DNA of 36,102 nucleotides from Candidatus Aenigmatarchaeota archaeon (GTDB taxonomy: Archaea; Aenigmatarchaeota; Aenigmatarchaeia; QMZP01), in contig DAOUYM010000001.1 in the NCBI GenBank assembly GCA_030666115.1, positions 1 through 36,102 on the forward strand, read 5' to 3'. A model generated the notes under the pieces. The model worked only from the letters and a program-made list of their open reading frames with translations. It was not told where the DNA came from and did not search any database. The translations under genes and the position numbers were made by a program. This document shows, piece by piece, positions 9,024 through 16,515 of the stretch. How positions within the stretch are numbered: the first letter of the stretch is position 1; the number at the start of each line of letters is the position of its first letter.

Positions 9024-10187
9024 CTATTTCGGTTTGTCCCTCCCGAATATATTCACCACAGACGTGGCTCCTGAACCCCCTATGTTGAGGGCTAACCCGA
9101 ATCTTGCATCTTTAACCTGCAGATTCCCGTATTCTCCTCTAAGCTGCTTGACAACATCAGCTATCTGCCTCACACCAGTCGCTCCGACAGGATGGCCTAT
9201 TGATTTGAGGCCGCCTGTGGGATTTATGGGCTTCTCACCATCTCTTGCGATCTTGCCATCCTCCACAAACTTTCCTCCTTTACCCTTATCGCAGAATCCC
9301 AGATCCTCTATTGCAATTATCTCGTTTATGGAGAAGCAATCATGAACCTCTGCCAGATCTATGTTCTTCGGTTTCAGTCCGGCCTGCTCATAGGCCTTCT
9401 TTGCAGCAACCTTGGTTGCAACTAGTTCTGTCATGGATTTCCTGTGATGCAGTGCCAGGGTATCGGATGCCTGGCCTGAACCAAGTATCCATATCGGGTT
9501 CTCAAATCTCTTTGCAATCTTCTCGGATACAAGTATCACAGCAGCAGCCCCATCAGTTATTGGAGAACAGTCCAGAAGTCTTAATGGATCCGATATCAGC
9601 GGTGACTTGAGGACCTTCTCGACTGTTATCTCAGCGGGGAACTGCGCAAGCGGATTGAGCACACCATTCCTGTGGTTGTTAACGCTAACCATGGCCATCT
9701 GCTCCCTGGTGGTTCCATACTTCTGCATGTGATCCCTTGCTATCAGAGCATAGAGGCCAGCAAAGGTCAGTCCTATGGCAGATTCCCATTCCTGGTCACC
9801 AGCACCCATAAGGGTTGCGATGGCATCTGTCCCCTTGAGGTCAGTCATCTTCTCGGCGCCGGCTGCCATCACAATATCATATTCCCCGCTAAGGATAGAG
9901 AAATATGCTTCCCTGAAAGCCAAGGCGCTTGATGCACAGGCTGCCTCACACCTAGTGGCTGGTATCGGAATCAATCCTGCCTGGTCGACTGCCAGGGCTG
10001 CCAGATGCTCCTGTCCAATGAACCTTCCTGCAGACATGTTCCCTATGTACAGGGACTGTATGTCCTTCCCGTCTATGCCGGAGTCCCTGAGTGCAATCGC
10101 ACCTGCCTCTGTTGAGAGGTCTCTGAGGGATTTCTCCCAGTGCTCATCAAACTTGGTCTGTCCTACACCAACAACAGCAACTCTCAT
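9024..10187 (-). CDS. Acetyl-CoA acetyltransferase (archaeal thiolase)
   Basis: 387 aa with a thiolase fold. Active-site Cys region is RCEAACASSALAF. The C-terminal motifs are GGLKSIGHPVGATG and NIGGSGATSVV. Confidence 0.9.
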   Translation of the reverse strand: MRVAVVGVGQTKFDEHWEKSLRDLSTEAGAIALRDSGIDGKDIQSLYIGNMSAGRFIGQEHLAALAVDQAGLIPIPATRCEAACASSALAFREAYFSILSGEYDIVMAAGAEKMTDLKGTDAIATLMGAGDQEWESAIGLTFAGLYALIARDHMQKYGTTREQMAMVSVNNHRNGVLNPLAQFPAEITVEKVLKSPLISDPLRLLDCSPITDGAAAVILVSEKIAKRFENPIWILGSGQASDTLALHHRKSMTELVATKVAAKKAYEQAGLKPKNIDLAEVHDCFSINEIIAIEDLGFCDKGKGGKFVEDGKIARDGEKPINPTGGLKSIGHPVGATGVRQIADVVKQLRGEYGNLQVKDARFGLALNIGGSGATSVVNIFGRDKPK

Positions 10188-10219
10188 CTTATCACTCTCT
10201 ACCCTTGTCTTTTTCCCTT

Positions 10220-11257
10220 CTATACTCTCAGCTTCCTCCTGAGTTTAACGTAAACACCGTAGTCTATGTTCTGCTTGTTTTTTATGTAATCCTGCGTCTT
10301 CTTTGCTTTTTCTCTTCTCTCCAGTATCTTGTCAGTAACCATGAATGAAAATGAATCTGATCCTGCCCCGGAACCATAGGAAGTCATGAGTATCCTGTCA
10401 CCAGGCTGTGCAACATCCAGTGTCGCACATAATCCAACAGGACTTGAACCTGAATAGGGATTGCCTATCTTGTTCACAACGAACCCGTTCTCTATCTGCT
10501 CCTTGGAGAATCCCAGCATTTTTGACGCCGTCAAGGGAAACTTTCCGTTTGGCATATGGAAGACAGCGTACTTGAAATCAGCGGGCTTGAGCGAGAGCTT
10601 ATCCATGAGCATCTTGGATGCTGAGGTGACGTGTTTGAAGTAGGCGGGTTTCCCAGTAAACCTGGCCCCATGTGAGGGGTAGTCTGCTCCCTCCCTTCTC
10701 CAGAAGTCACTCGTGTCTGTCGTGAATGAACATGTTCCCTCAAGCTTTGCAAGTGGATCCTTTCCTATGATGAATGCTGCACCAGCCGCTGCCGCCGTAT
10801 ACTCCAGAGCATCACCAGGCCTTCCCTGGGACGTGTCTGCTCCTATCGCCAGTCCATATTCTATCTCGCCTGCCTTGACCAGTCCATAACAGCACTGCAT
10901 CGCAGCGGTTCCTGCCTTACAGGCGAATTCGAAATCAGCAATCATCACATTGCTCCCGATTCCCAGAGCCTCTGCAACCACAGTGCCGCTAGGCTTGACA
11001 GCATAGGGATGGGATTCGCTACCTACATATACTGAGCCTATCTTCTCTGGATCTATACCTGCTCTCAGAAGCGCGTTCTTTGCCGCCTCTACAGAAATCG
11101 TGACAGTATCCTCATCCATATCAGGGACAGCCTTCTCTTCCACTATCAGTCCCTTCTTGTAACTCTCTGCATCCGCTCCCCAGACCCTTGCAATCTCTTC
11201 TACTGATATCCTTAGCCTTGGTATGTAGCAGCCGTATCCAACTATTCCTATATCCAT
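10220..11257 (-). CDS. Hydroxymethylglutaryl-CoA synthase (archaeal type)
   Basis: [17 protein letters not shown]..., catalytic Cys region [13 protein letters not shown], and HMPNGKF. The track start 11272 is a GTG lying inside the SD-like GGTGAGGT. ATG 11257 follows that SD by 8 nt. Confidence 0.9.
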   Translation of the reverse strand: MDIGIVGYGCYIPRLRISVEEIARVWGADAESYKKGLIVEEKAVPDMDEDTVTISVEAAKNALLRAGIDPEKIGSVYVGSESHPYAVKPSGTVVAEALGIGSNVMIADFEFACKAGTAAMQCCYGLVKAGEIEYGLAIGADTSQGRPGDALEYTAAAAGAAFIIGKDPLAKLEGTCSFTTDTSDFWRREGADYPSHGARFTGKPAYFKHVTSASKMLMDKLSLKPADFKYAVFHMPNGKFPLTASKMLGFSKEQIENGFVVNKIGNPYSGSSPVGLCATLDVAQPGDRILMTSYGSGAGSDSFSFMVTDKILERREKAKKTQDYIKNKQNIDYGVYVKLRRKLRV

Positions 11258-11443
11258 TGTTTTCGACCTCACCCTAATCAGAGCTATTTTTAATTAGGAT
11301 GGGAATAAGCTTTTAAAGGGTGAACCACGAGTTCGACAATAAATCAATTCTCCTTGGATCGCCGTTGGTAGGATGTTAGCAGAAATTTGGGGTTCGTCTC
11401 TGGAAAAGAAAGTTTAATAAATATTTATTTTTAACTTAATACT

Positions 11444-12028
11444 ATGGCTGAAATCAAAATTTTAATTGAAGGTTATGCAAGAGAAAAGAGCGGTGTTTGG
11501 TACGCATCGCCAGCAACTGTTTTAATTAACGACAACGGGTTAAATATACTTGTTGATCCCGGAGCAAATAAAAAATTGTTATTAGAGGCTCTTGAAAAAG
11601 AAGGTCTTAAACCAGAAAATATCGATATTGTATTTCTAACTCACTATCATTTGGACCATATATTGAATATAAGATTATTTCCTGACAAGGATATTTATGA
11701 TGGTAATACAATAAATAGCGATGACAAAATTGTAGAATATTCAGGAAATATACCAAACACAAACGTCCAAGTTATTCCCACCCCAGGACATGCGCATGAA
11801 CATTGTTCATTATTAGTAGGAACAAAAAAAGGTAAAATTGTTATTGCTGGTGATGTTTTTTGGTGGAAAGATGATGAAACACAAAAGACGGACAAAGAAA
11901 GTTTAATGAAACACAAAGATCCCTATGTAAAAGATAAAGAAGCATTGACTGAAAGCAGAAAGAAACTTCTTGAAATTGCTGATTATATAATTCCAGGGCA
12001 TGGAAAAATGTTCAAAATTGAAAAATAA
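11444..12028 (+). CDS. Metallo-beta-lactamase-fold hydrolase (small, stand-alone)
   Basis: The HxHxDH motif appears in FLTHYHLDH, with later TPGHAHEH and IPGHG. GC is markedly lower than in the neighbours. Confidence 0.85.
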   Translation: MAEIKILIEGYAREKSGVWYASPATVLINDNGLNILVDPGANKKLLLEALEKEGLKPENIDIVFLTHYHLDHILNIRLFPDKDIYDGNTINSDDKIVEYSGNIPNTNVQVIPTPGHAHEHCSLLVGTKKGKIVIAGDVFWWKDDETQKTDKESLMKHKDPYVKDKEALTESRKKLLEIADYIIPGHGKMFKIEK

Positions 12029-12100
12029 TTTTCGGCTCGCCCCTGAACTCTTCAGCTGTTTTGCAGCCTCGACTTCGTCTCGGTCTGCTAACAAGCGGCC

Positions 12101-12709
12101 TCAGGTGCCGGATATCTTGAGTATCTTTATGGCCTCGAATGCCTCTGCATACTTGACGGATGTTGTGAGTCCCCTGAACTGCGCAAGGCCGTTTATGGCG
12201 TTTATCTTCATGTAGTCCTTTGAGTTCTGTGTCACAAAACCGTTAAGCGCCTTCCTCTTCTCCTCGATGAATTTGCTTATATCAACATAGTAGTTGGGCT
12301 GGAAGTTGAGGTAGAGGCTTGGTGACTCGTAACACAGTATCTCGGGCACTGACCTAGCTGCAACAAGCGTTGCGTGGGCAATTGTCCTGTGATCCTGGTG
12401 GGTATCCTTTATTGAATGGGTGTAGACTCTCTGGGGCTTGAATTCCTCAACAATGTTTTCCATCTTCTCTATTATCTCATGTCCCTGCGGTATGTCAGCA
12501 TCCGGATAGTTGAACAGGTATAGCTTAGCGCCTATCCTCCTGGCAGACTCTGTAGCCTCCTTCTTCCTGATCTCCTTGTCGCCTGCCTTTTCTCCATGCG
12601 ACATGATTATGAATACCATGCTGTCCCCCTCCCTCTTATGCTTGAGCAGGGTTCCGTAGCATCCGTATTCTATGTCATCCGGGTGCGCACCAATCGCAAT
12701 AACATTCAT
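12101..12709 (-). CDS. PIG-L/LmbE-family N-acetylglucosaminyl de-N-acetylase
   Basis: MNVIAIGAHPDDIEYGC carries the AHPDD motif, with a downstream HQDH. The track start 12718 is a GTG inside a perfect SD AGGTGA. ATG 12709 lies 5 nt after that SD. Confidence 0.85.
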   Translation of the reverse strand: MNVIAIGAHPDDIEYGCYGTLLKHKREGDSMVFIIMSHGEKAGDKEIRKKEATESARRIGAKLYLFNYPDADIPQGHEIIEKMENIVEEFKPQRVYTHSIKDTHQDHRTIAHATLVAARSVPEILCYESPSLYLNFQPNYYVDISKFIEEKRKALNGFVTQNSKDYMKINAINGLAQFRGLTTSVKYAEAFEAIKILKISGT

Positions 12710-12714
12710 TCCTT

Positions 12715-13671
12715 TCACCTGTTCTCCCTTTTACCCAGTCTCTCGGTGTCCTGGGTTGACTCGATCTCTTCCCATTCCAGGCTCTTGGCTTCTATCTTCC
12801 TTCCATGTATAACATCGTCAAGCAGGGATATGGTATTGATGCCTGACTTTATGGTTATGGGCAGTCCGCCTGAAAACCTTGGATTCGCCTCAACGAGTTT
12901 AGGCTTTCCATTGGAATCGAGTTTGAACTGTATATTAATAGGGCCTATAAACTTTAAAACCTCACACATCCTCTCTATGTTTTCTATTATCTCCTGGTTC
13001 TTCTCCATCTTTCCCTTTACGCATATCCCTCTATGCACCTCCAGCCTCTTCCTTGGAATGATTACAAGAGGAGACCCGCTGAAGTCGCAGAGAACGTCTG
13101 CTGTGTACTCGTAACCAGGCAGGTACTCGCAGAATACATTCCCCTTGTTTATGAGCTCGTCCGGAACCTCTGATGCGTTTTCGAAGTTCCTGATTCCCCT
13201 GCTGCCTCTGCCCACCCTGGGCTTCATGAGTATCTTATTCTTACCGAAGCAGGCGATCAGGTCCTCCCTGTCATCAGTCACCAGGTACTCTGGGGCGAAA
13301 CCGAGGTGATTGAATTTGTCGTAGAAAAGATATTTGTCATCACACGTGCTGATTGTCTCGTAAGGGGATATGATCACCCTGGCCTCAAATGCATCGGAGT
13401 TCTTTGAGAACACAACAAGCTCATCATCAACGGTCGGGATTATGAAATCTATCTTCTCCCTGGATACGATCTTGTTGACAGCTTCTATGAATCTCTTCTC
13501 TTCCCTGGCATAAGGCACCACGTGGAACCCGGATACTGCCAATCCAAGTGATTTTAGCTTGCTCTCTACTCTGGGATCAGCTTCGCATGCTATGATCTCC
13601 CAACTCCTGGGACTATGACTTACCACATTCCTCCCGGCCGGACCGCCTACACCAGTAACCAACACTCTCAT
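12715..13671 (-). CDS. ATP-grasp family ligase (substrate unknown)
   Basis: N-terminal VLVTGVGGPAGRN, glycine-rich loop ILMKPRVGRGSRGI, and E-x-N metal motif LVEANPRFSGG. An SD GGGGTGAT lies upstream of ATG 13671. The stop is 5 nt upstream of the preferred ATG 12709 start of the PIG-L gene (it overlaps only the rejected GTG 12718). Confidence 0.8.
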   Translation of the reverse strand: MRVLVTGVGGPAGRNVVSHSPRSWEIIACEADPRVESKLKSLGLAVSGFHVVPYAREEKRFIEAVNKIVSREKIDFIIPTVDDELVVFSKNSDAFEARVIISPYETISTCDDKYLFYDKFNHLGFAPEYLVTDDREDLIACFGKNKILMKPRVGRGSRGIRNFENASEVPDELINKGNVFCEYLPGYEYTADVLCDFSGSPLVIIPRKRLEVHRGICVKGKMEKNQEIIENIERMCEVLKFIGPINIQFKLDSNGKPKLVEANPRFSGGLPITIKSGINTISLLDDVIHGRKIEAKSLEWEEIESTQDTERLGKRENR

Positions 13672-13695
13672 TCAATCACCCCTTTTTTTCTATCC

Positions 13696-14709
13696 TTAAC
13701 CGAACATGTATATTATGAACAGGCACCAGAGCGCCTGTAATCCCACTAGAAGGAAGGTTACATCGTTCTCGTAACACTTACCTTTAATCCTCTTTATAGC
13801 CCTTATTGCAATGTGGGTAATTGACCATATCTGCTTCTTGTAAGGAGGATCGAGGCTTCCGTCCTTGTTAACCTTACCGAAACATTCTGGCTTGAAGACC
13901 TTCTTATGCCTGATTATGTAGGGGATTTCCCTTGACTTTATTATAGCCTCTATTATGTATGGTAGCAGGATGAGTATGGTGATGCTCTGGAAGTATCCCA
14001 TCACAGCAACGAATGCGAAAAGGGATCCAATGAAATATGTCGTAGTATCCCCAGGGAACACCCTGGACGGGTACTTGTTAAACCACAGGAAAGCTAGCAT
14101 AGAGGCGAGTGCTATCAGTATTATTGGGAAGAAGGCTGTTCCGTAAGAGAACCACAGCAGTGTCAACCCGCACACTATCCCCATCCCTGTCTCAAGGCCA
14201 TTGAATCCTCCCAGAAGATTGACGGCATTGGTTGCTATTATGAATCCTATTGGAACAAGGATAAGCGGATATAACAATACTGGGAATCCCAGGGTGTAAC
14301 CCAGTACGCTTATGCTCTCTCTTCCGAGCAGGAACGGTATGAGTGGCACAGCACCCGCGAATGTGAGGATGGGTTTTTTCCACCTGGACATGCCCTTCTT
14401 CCATCCGGTTATATCATCCCAGAATGCAATTCCAGTCACTATTGAAAGCGATGTTATGGCAAGTGCTATGTAGATGAGTCTATCGATTCTTCCTTGGAAC
14501 CAGTAGAATCCGAAAAGGACCAGGAGTCCGATTATGAACCCCAGAAAAACCGCGACTCCGCCGGATTCAGCTACCTTGGGTTTATCCTTCTTGTTCATGT
14601 CAGCTCCCACCAGCTTCCTTCTCTTGGCATGGGAGATCCATCTGGGGGTAAAGATAAATGTAAACAAAAGCGCCACGATTCCTGATATCAAGAGTTCGTA
14701 CACAGGCAT
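13696..14709 (-). CDS. Polyprenyl-phosphate N-acetylhexosamine-1-phosphate transferase (MraY/WecA/AglH family, Pfam glycosyl transferase family 4)
   Basis: 337-aa polytopic membrane protein with family motifs NAVNLLGGFNGLETG and VFPGDTTTYFIGSLFA. It is the first gene of a tightly spaced three-gene minus-strand unit. Confidence 0.8.
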   Translation of the reverse strand: MPVYELLISGIVALLFTFIFTPRWISHAKRRKLVGADMNKKDKPKVAESGGVAVFLGFIIGLLVLFGFYWFQGRIDRLIYIALAITSLSIVTGIAFWDDITGWKKGMSRWKKPILTFAGAVPLIPFLLGRESISVLGYTLGFPVLLYPLILVPIGFIIATNAVNLLGGFNGLETGMGIVCGLTLLWFSYGTAFFPIILIALASMLAFLWFNKYPSRVFPGDTTTYFIGSLFAFVAVMGYFQSITILILLPYIIEAIIKSREIPYIIRHKKVFKPECFGKVNKDGSLDPPYKKQIWSITHIAIRAIKRIKGKCYENDVTFLLVGLQALWCLFIIYMFG

Positions 14710-14840
14710 TATTACACCAGCCTATACCATTCAGATCATTAATTAGATATTGTGTTTAGATATAAAACATAGTTAAATATGGTATTTAAATGTTAATTTA
14801 CTATAGAGGAGTGGTAATACAACAAAATATTAATTCATTT

Positions 14841-15491
14841 TCAGTTCATTTTCCTGAGATCCCACACAGAATGCGCATCAGATCCTATAACAGTCCTTGC
14901 ACCGAGTTTGTGAACCATGTCCATGAAACCCTCTGGTGGTATGTATTTGGGGCAGAGGTTGTTCTCTATAAGTACGTTGTTTCGTTTGCACAGATTGATT
15001 ATGTTCTCCATCTCATTCCTTTTGAGATCAAAGTTCCTGAAAAGGGTTGCCGGATGGCCCCATATGTCAACATTCGGATTATGTAGTGCTTTTTTCAGAG
15101 CCGTTATCTGAAGGTCTTTCTCAGGAGGGAACCGATGAAAGCTTGCAATGACAATATCGCACATTTCTAGTACATCTTCCGAGACGTCTATTCCGCCGTC
15201 CAGGAGTATCTTGGTCTCGCAACCAACCAGTATCTTCAGGTTGGGAAAATTCTTCCTGGCATGTTCAACATCTTTAACAAGGCTGGAGAAATCGTAATCC
15301 TGTTTCTTCCTGACGTGTTCTGTCTTCCTGACATGTTCTGTAAACGCTATCATGCGCAGACCGTTTTTCTCTGCCTGCTCGCACATTTCAATTACAGAAT
15401 TCTCGCCATCAGCATAGTTGGTATGCACGTGCCAGTCTCCTTTGTTCAGGAAACTACTGTACTTCTCCCACTTCTTGGTCAATGCATCCAT
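14841..15491 (-). CDS. PHP-domain metal-dependent phosphoesterase
   Basis: GDWHVHTNYADGE (HxH), AFTEH, ASFHRF and GSDAHS motifs. It contains an in-frame 18-nt tandem duplication (TEHVRK x2). Confidence 0.8.
   Translation of the reverse strand: MDALTKKWEKYSSFLNKGDWHVHTNYADGENSVIEMCEQAEKNGLRMIAFTEHVRKTEHVRKKQDYDFSSLVKDVEHARKNFPNLKILVGCETKILLDGGIDVSEDVLEMCDIVIASFHRFPPEKDLQITALKKALHNPNVDIWGHPATLFRNFDLKRNEMENIINLCKRNNVLIENNLCPKYIPPEGFMDMVHKLGARTVIGSDAHSVWDLRKMN
15306..15341. repeat. 18-nt direct tandem duplication inside the PHP gene
   Basis: cttcctgacgtgttctgt is followed by cttcctgacatgttctgt, with one mismatch. Both copies are in frame and encode TEHVRK-TEHVRK. Confidence 0.9.
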
Positions 15492-15528
15492 ACAAGATAT
15501 TTATTAATCAGGGCTTTAATTTAAAACC

Positions 15529-16053
15529 ATGCAGACCATGGATTGTATAAGGGACAGGAGAAGCATAATGGAGTACAAACCAGACCCCATACCAGAGAAC
15601 ATCATTGAGGAGATACTGGGTGCTGCAGGACAGGCCCCTTCCTCTGGTAATGTCCAGGACTGGGAATTCGTGGTGGTGAAGAACCCTGAGACCAAAGCCA
15701 AGATTGCGAAAGCTGCATGGGAACAGGATTTCATTGCGACCGCTCCTGTACTGGTAGTGGTTTGCACTGACATCGACAGAGTGTCTGCAACATACGGGAA
15801 CAGGGGCGAAACCCTCTATTCTGTCCAGAACACATCAGCAGCTATCCAGAATCTCATGCTGGCTGCATGGGACAAGGAAATCGGATCATGCTGGATAGGG
15901 GCCTTCAATGAGGCAACCATAAAGGGCATTCTGGTACTACCAACCAATATAAGGCCATTGGCCATAATAACTTTAGGTTATCCTGCAAAGATTAACAAGA
16001 AACCAGGCAGGAGGAACCCGAAAGAATTCATTCATATGGAAAGGTGGGAGTGA
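15529..16053 (+). CDS. Nitroreductase-family FMN oxidoreductase
   Basis: IRDRRSIMEYKPDPIPE at the N-terminus, then QDWEFVVV, SCWIGAF and a LAIITLGYP tail. It is divergent from the PHP gene, separated by only 37 nt of AT-rich spacer. Confidence 0.85.
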   Translation: MQTMDCIRDRRSIMEYKPDPIPENIIEEILGAAGQAPSSGNVQDWEFVVVKNPETKAKIAKAAWEQDFIATAPVLVVVCTDIDRVSATYGNRGETLYSVQNTSAAIQNLMLAAWDKEIGSCWIGAFNEATIKGILVLPTNIRPLAIITLGYPAKINKKPGRRNPKEFIHMERWE

Positions 16054-16063
16054 GGCGAGGCGT

Positions 16064-16507
16064 ATGGCAACAAATATTGAAAGGTTCATGGCGATATTTA
16101 TTGGAGTGATTATGCTGGGGTCTGTTGCAGGTTTTGCAATGATGAGTATCAATCTCCAGCCTGATTCAGAAGCTCCTGAAATACCCACCATAGTGAACAG
16201 GCAACTCACCACTGACGAGACCATCTACATCCTCAGGACCGGTAAGGTTGTGATAGAGAACTTCTACAGCATAGACTGCAATGATTGCCTTGAGAGAAAC
16301 GTTATGCTGGAGGCCTTTGCCAACCAGTTCAAGGATTTCGTGGTTCTGGAAAGGGTCGTGGTCAACCAAACCAACCAGAGCATGTTTCAGATGATAGGGT
16401 CTGGCGGGAGGATACTGAAGCTGGATAACCAGACCATAAACGATAGTAACATATTGGGATTTTTCTGTGAAGTGGCTATAGCACAGCCAATAGAGTGTCT
16501 GATCTGA
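16064..16507 (+). CDS. Membrane-anchored thioredoxin-like protein with a CxxC motif (function tentative)
   Basis: N-terminal TM segment FMAIFIGVIMLGSVAGFAMM. VVIENFYSIDCNDCLERNVMLEAF resembles a thioredoxin-fold strand followed by CxxC and a helix. Confidence 0.5.
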   Translation: MATNIERFMAIFIGVIMLGSVAGFAMMSINLQPDSEAPEIPTIVNRQLTTDETIYILRTGKVVIENFYSIDCNDCLERNVMLEAFANQFKDFVVLERVVVNQTNQSMFQMIGSGGRILKLDNQTINDSNILGFFCEVAIAQPIECLI

Positions 16508-16515
16508 TCAGACAC
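16495..16515. repeat. Perfect 21-nt palindrome spanning two abutting convergent stop codons
   Basis: GTGTCTGATC-T-GATCAGACAC. The TGA at 16505-16507 ends the + gene, and tca at 16508-16510 is the alaS stop. Confidence 0.9.

Noticed and set aside
11273-11443. The 171-nt intergenic region, as a possible small RNA (for example a C/D box sRNA)
   Set aside because: I found no RUGAUGA/CUGA box pairs or a stable hairpin on either strand. The region is best explained as two divergent promoter regions.
11444-12028. Whether the low-GC islands (here and at 34287-34829) are mobile elements
   Set aside because: I found no integrase or transposase, no flanking direct or inverted repeats by eye, and no tRNA-adjacent attachment signature at their borders. 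I report them only as compositional anomalies.
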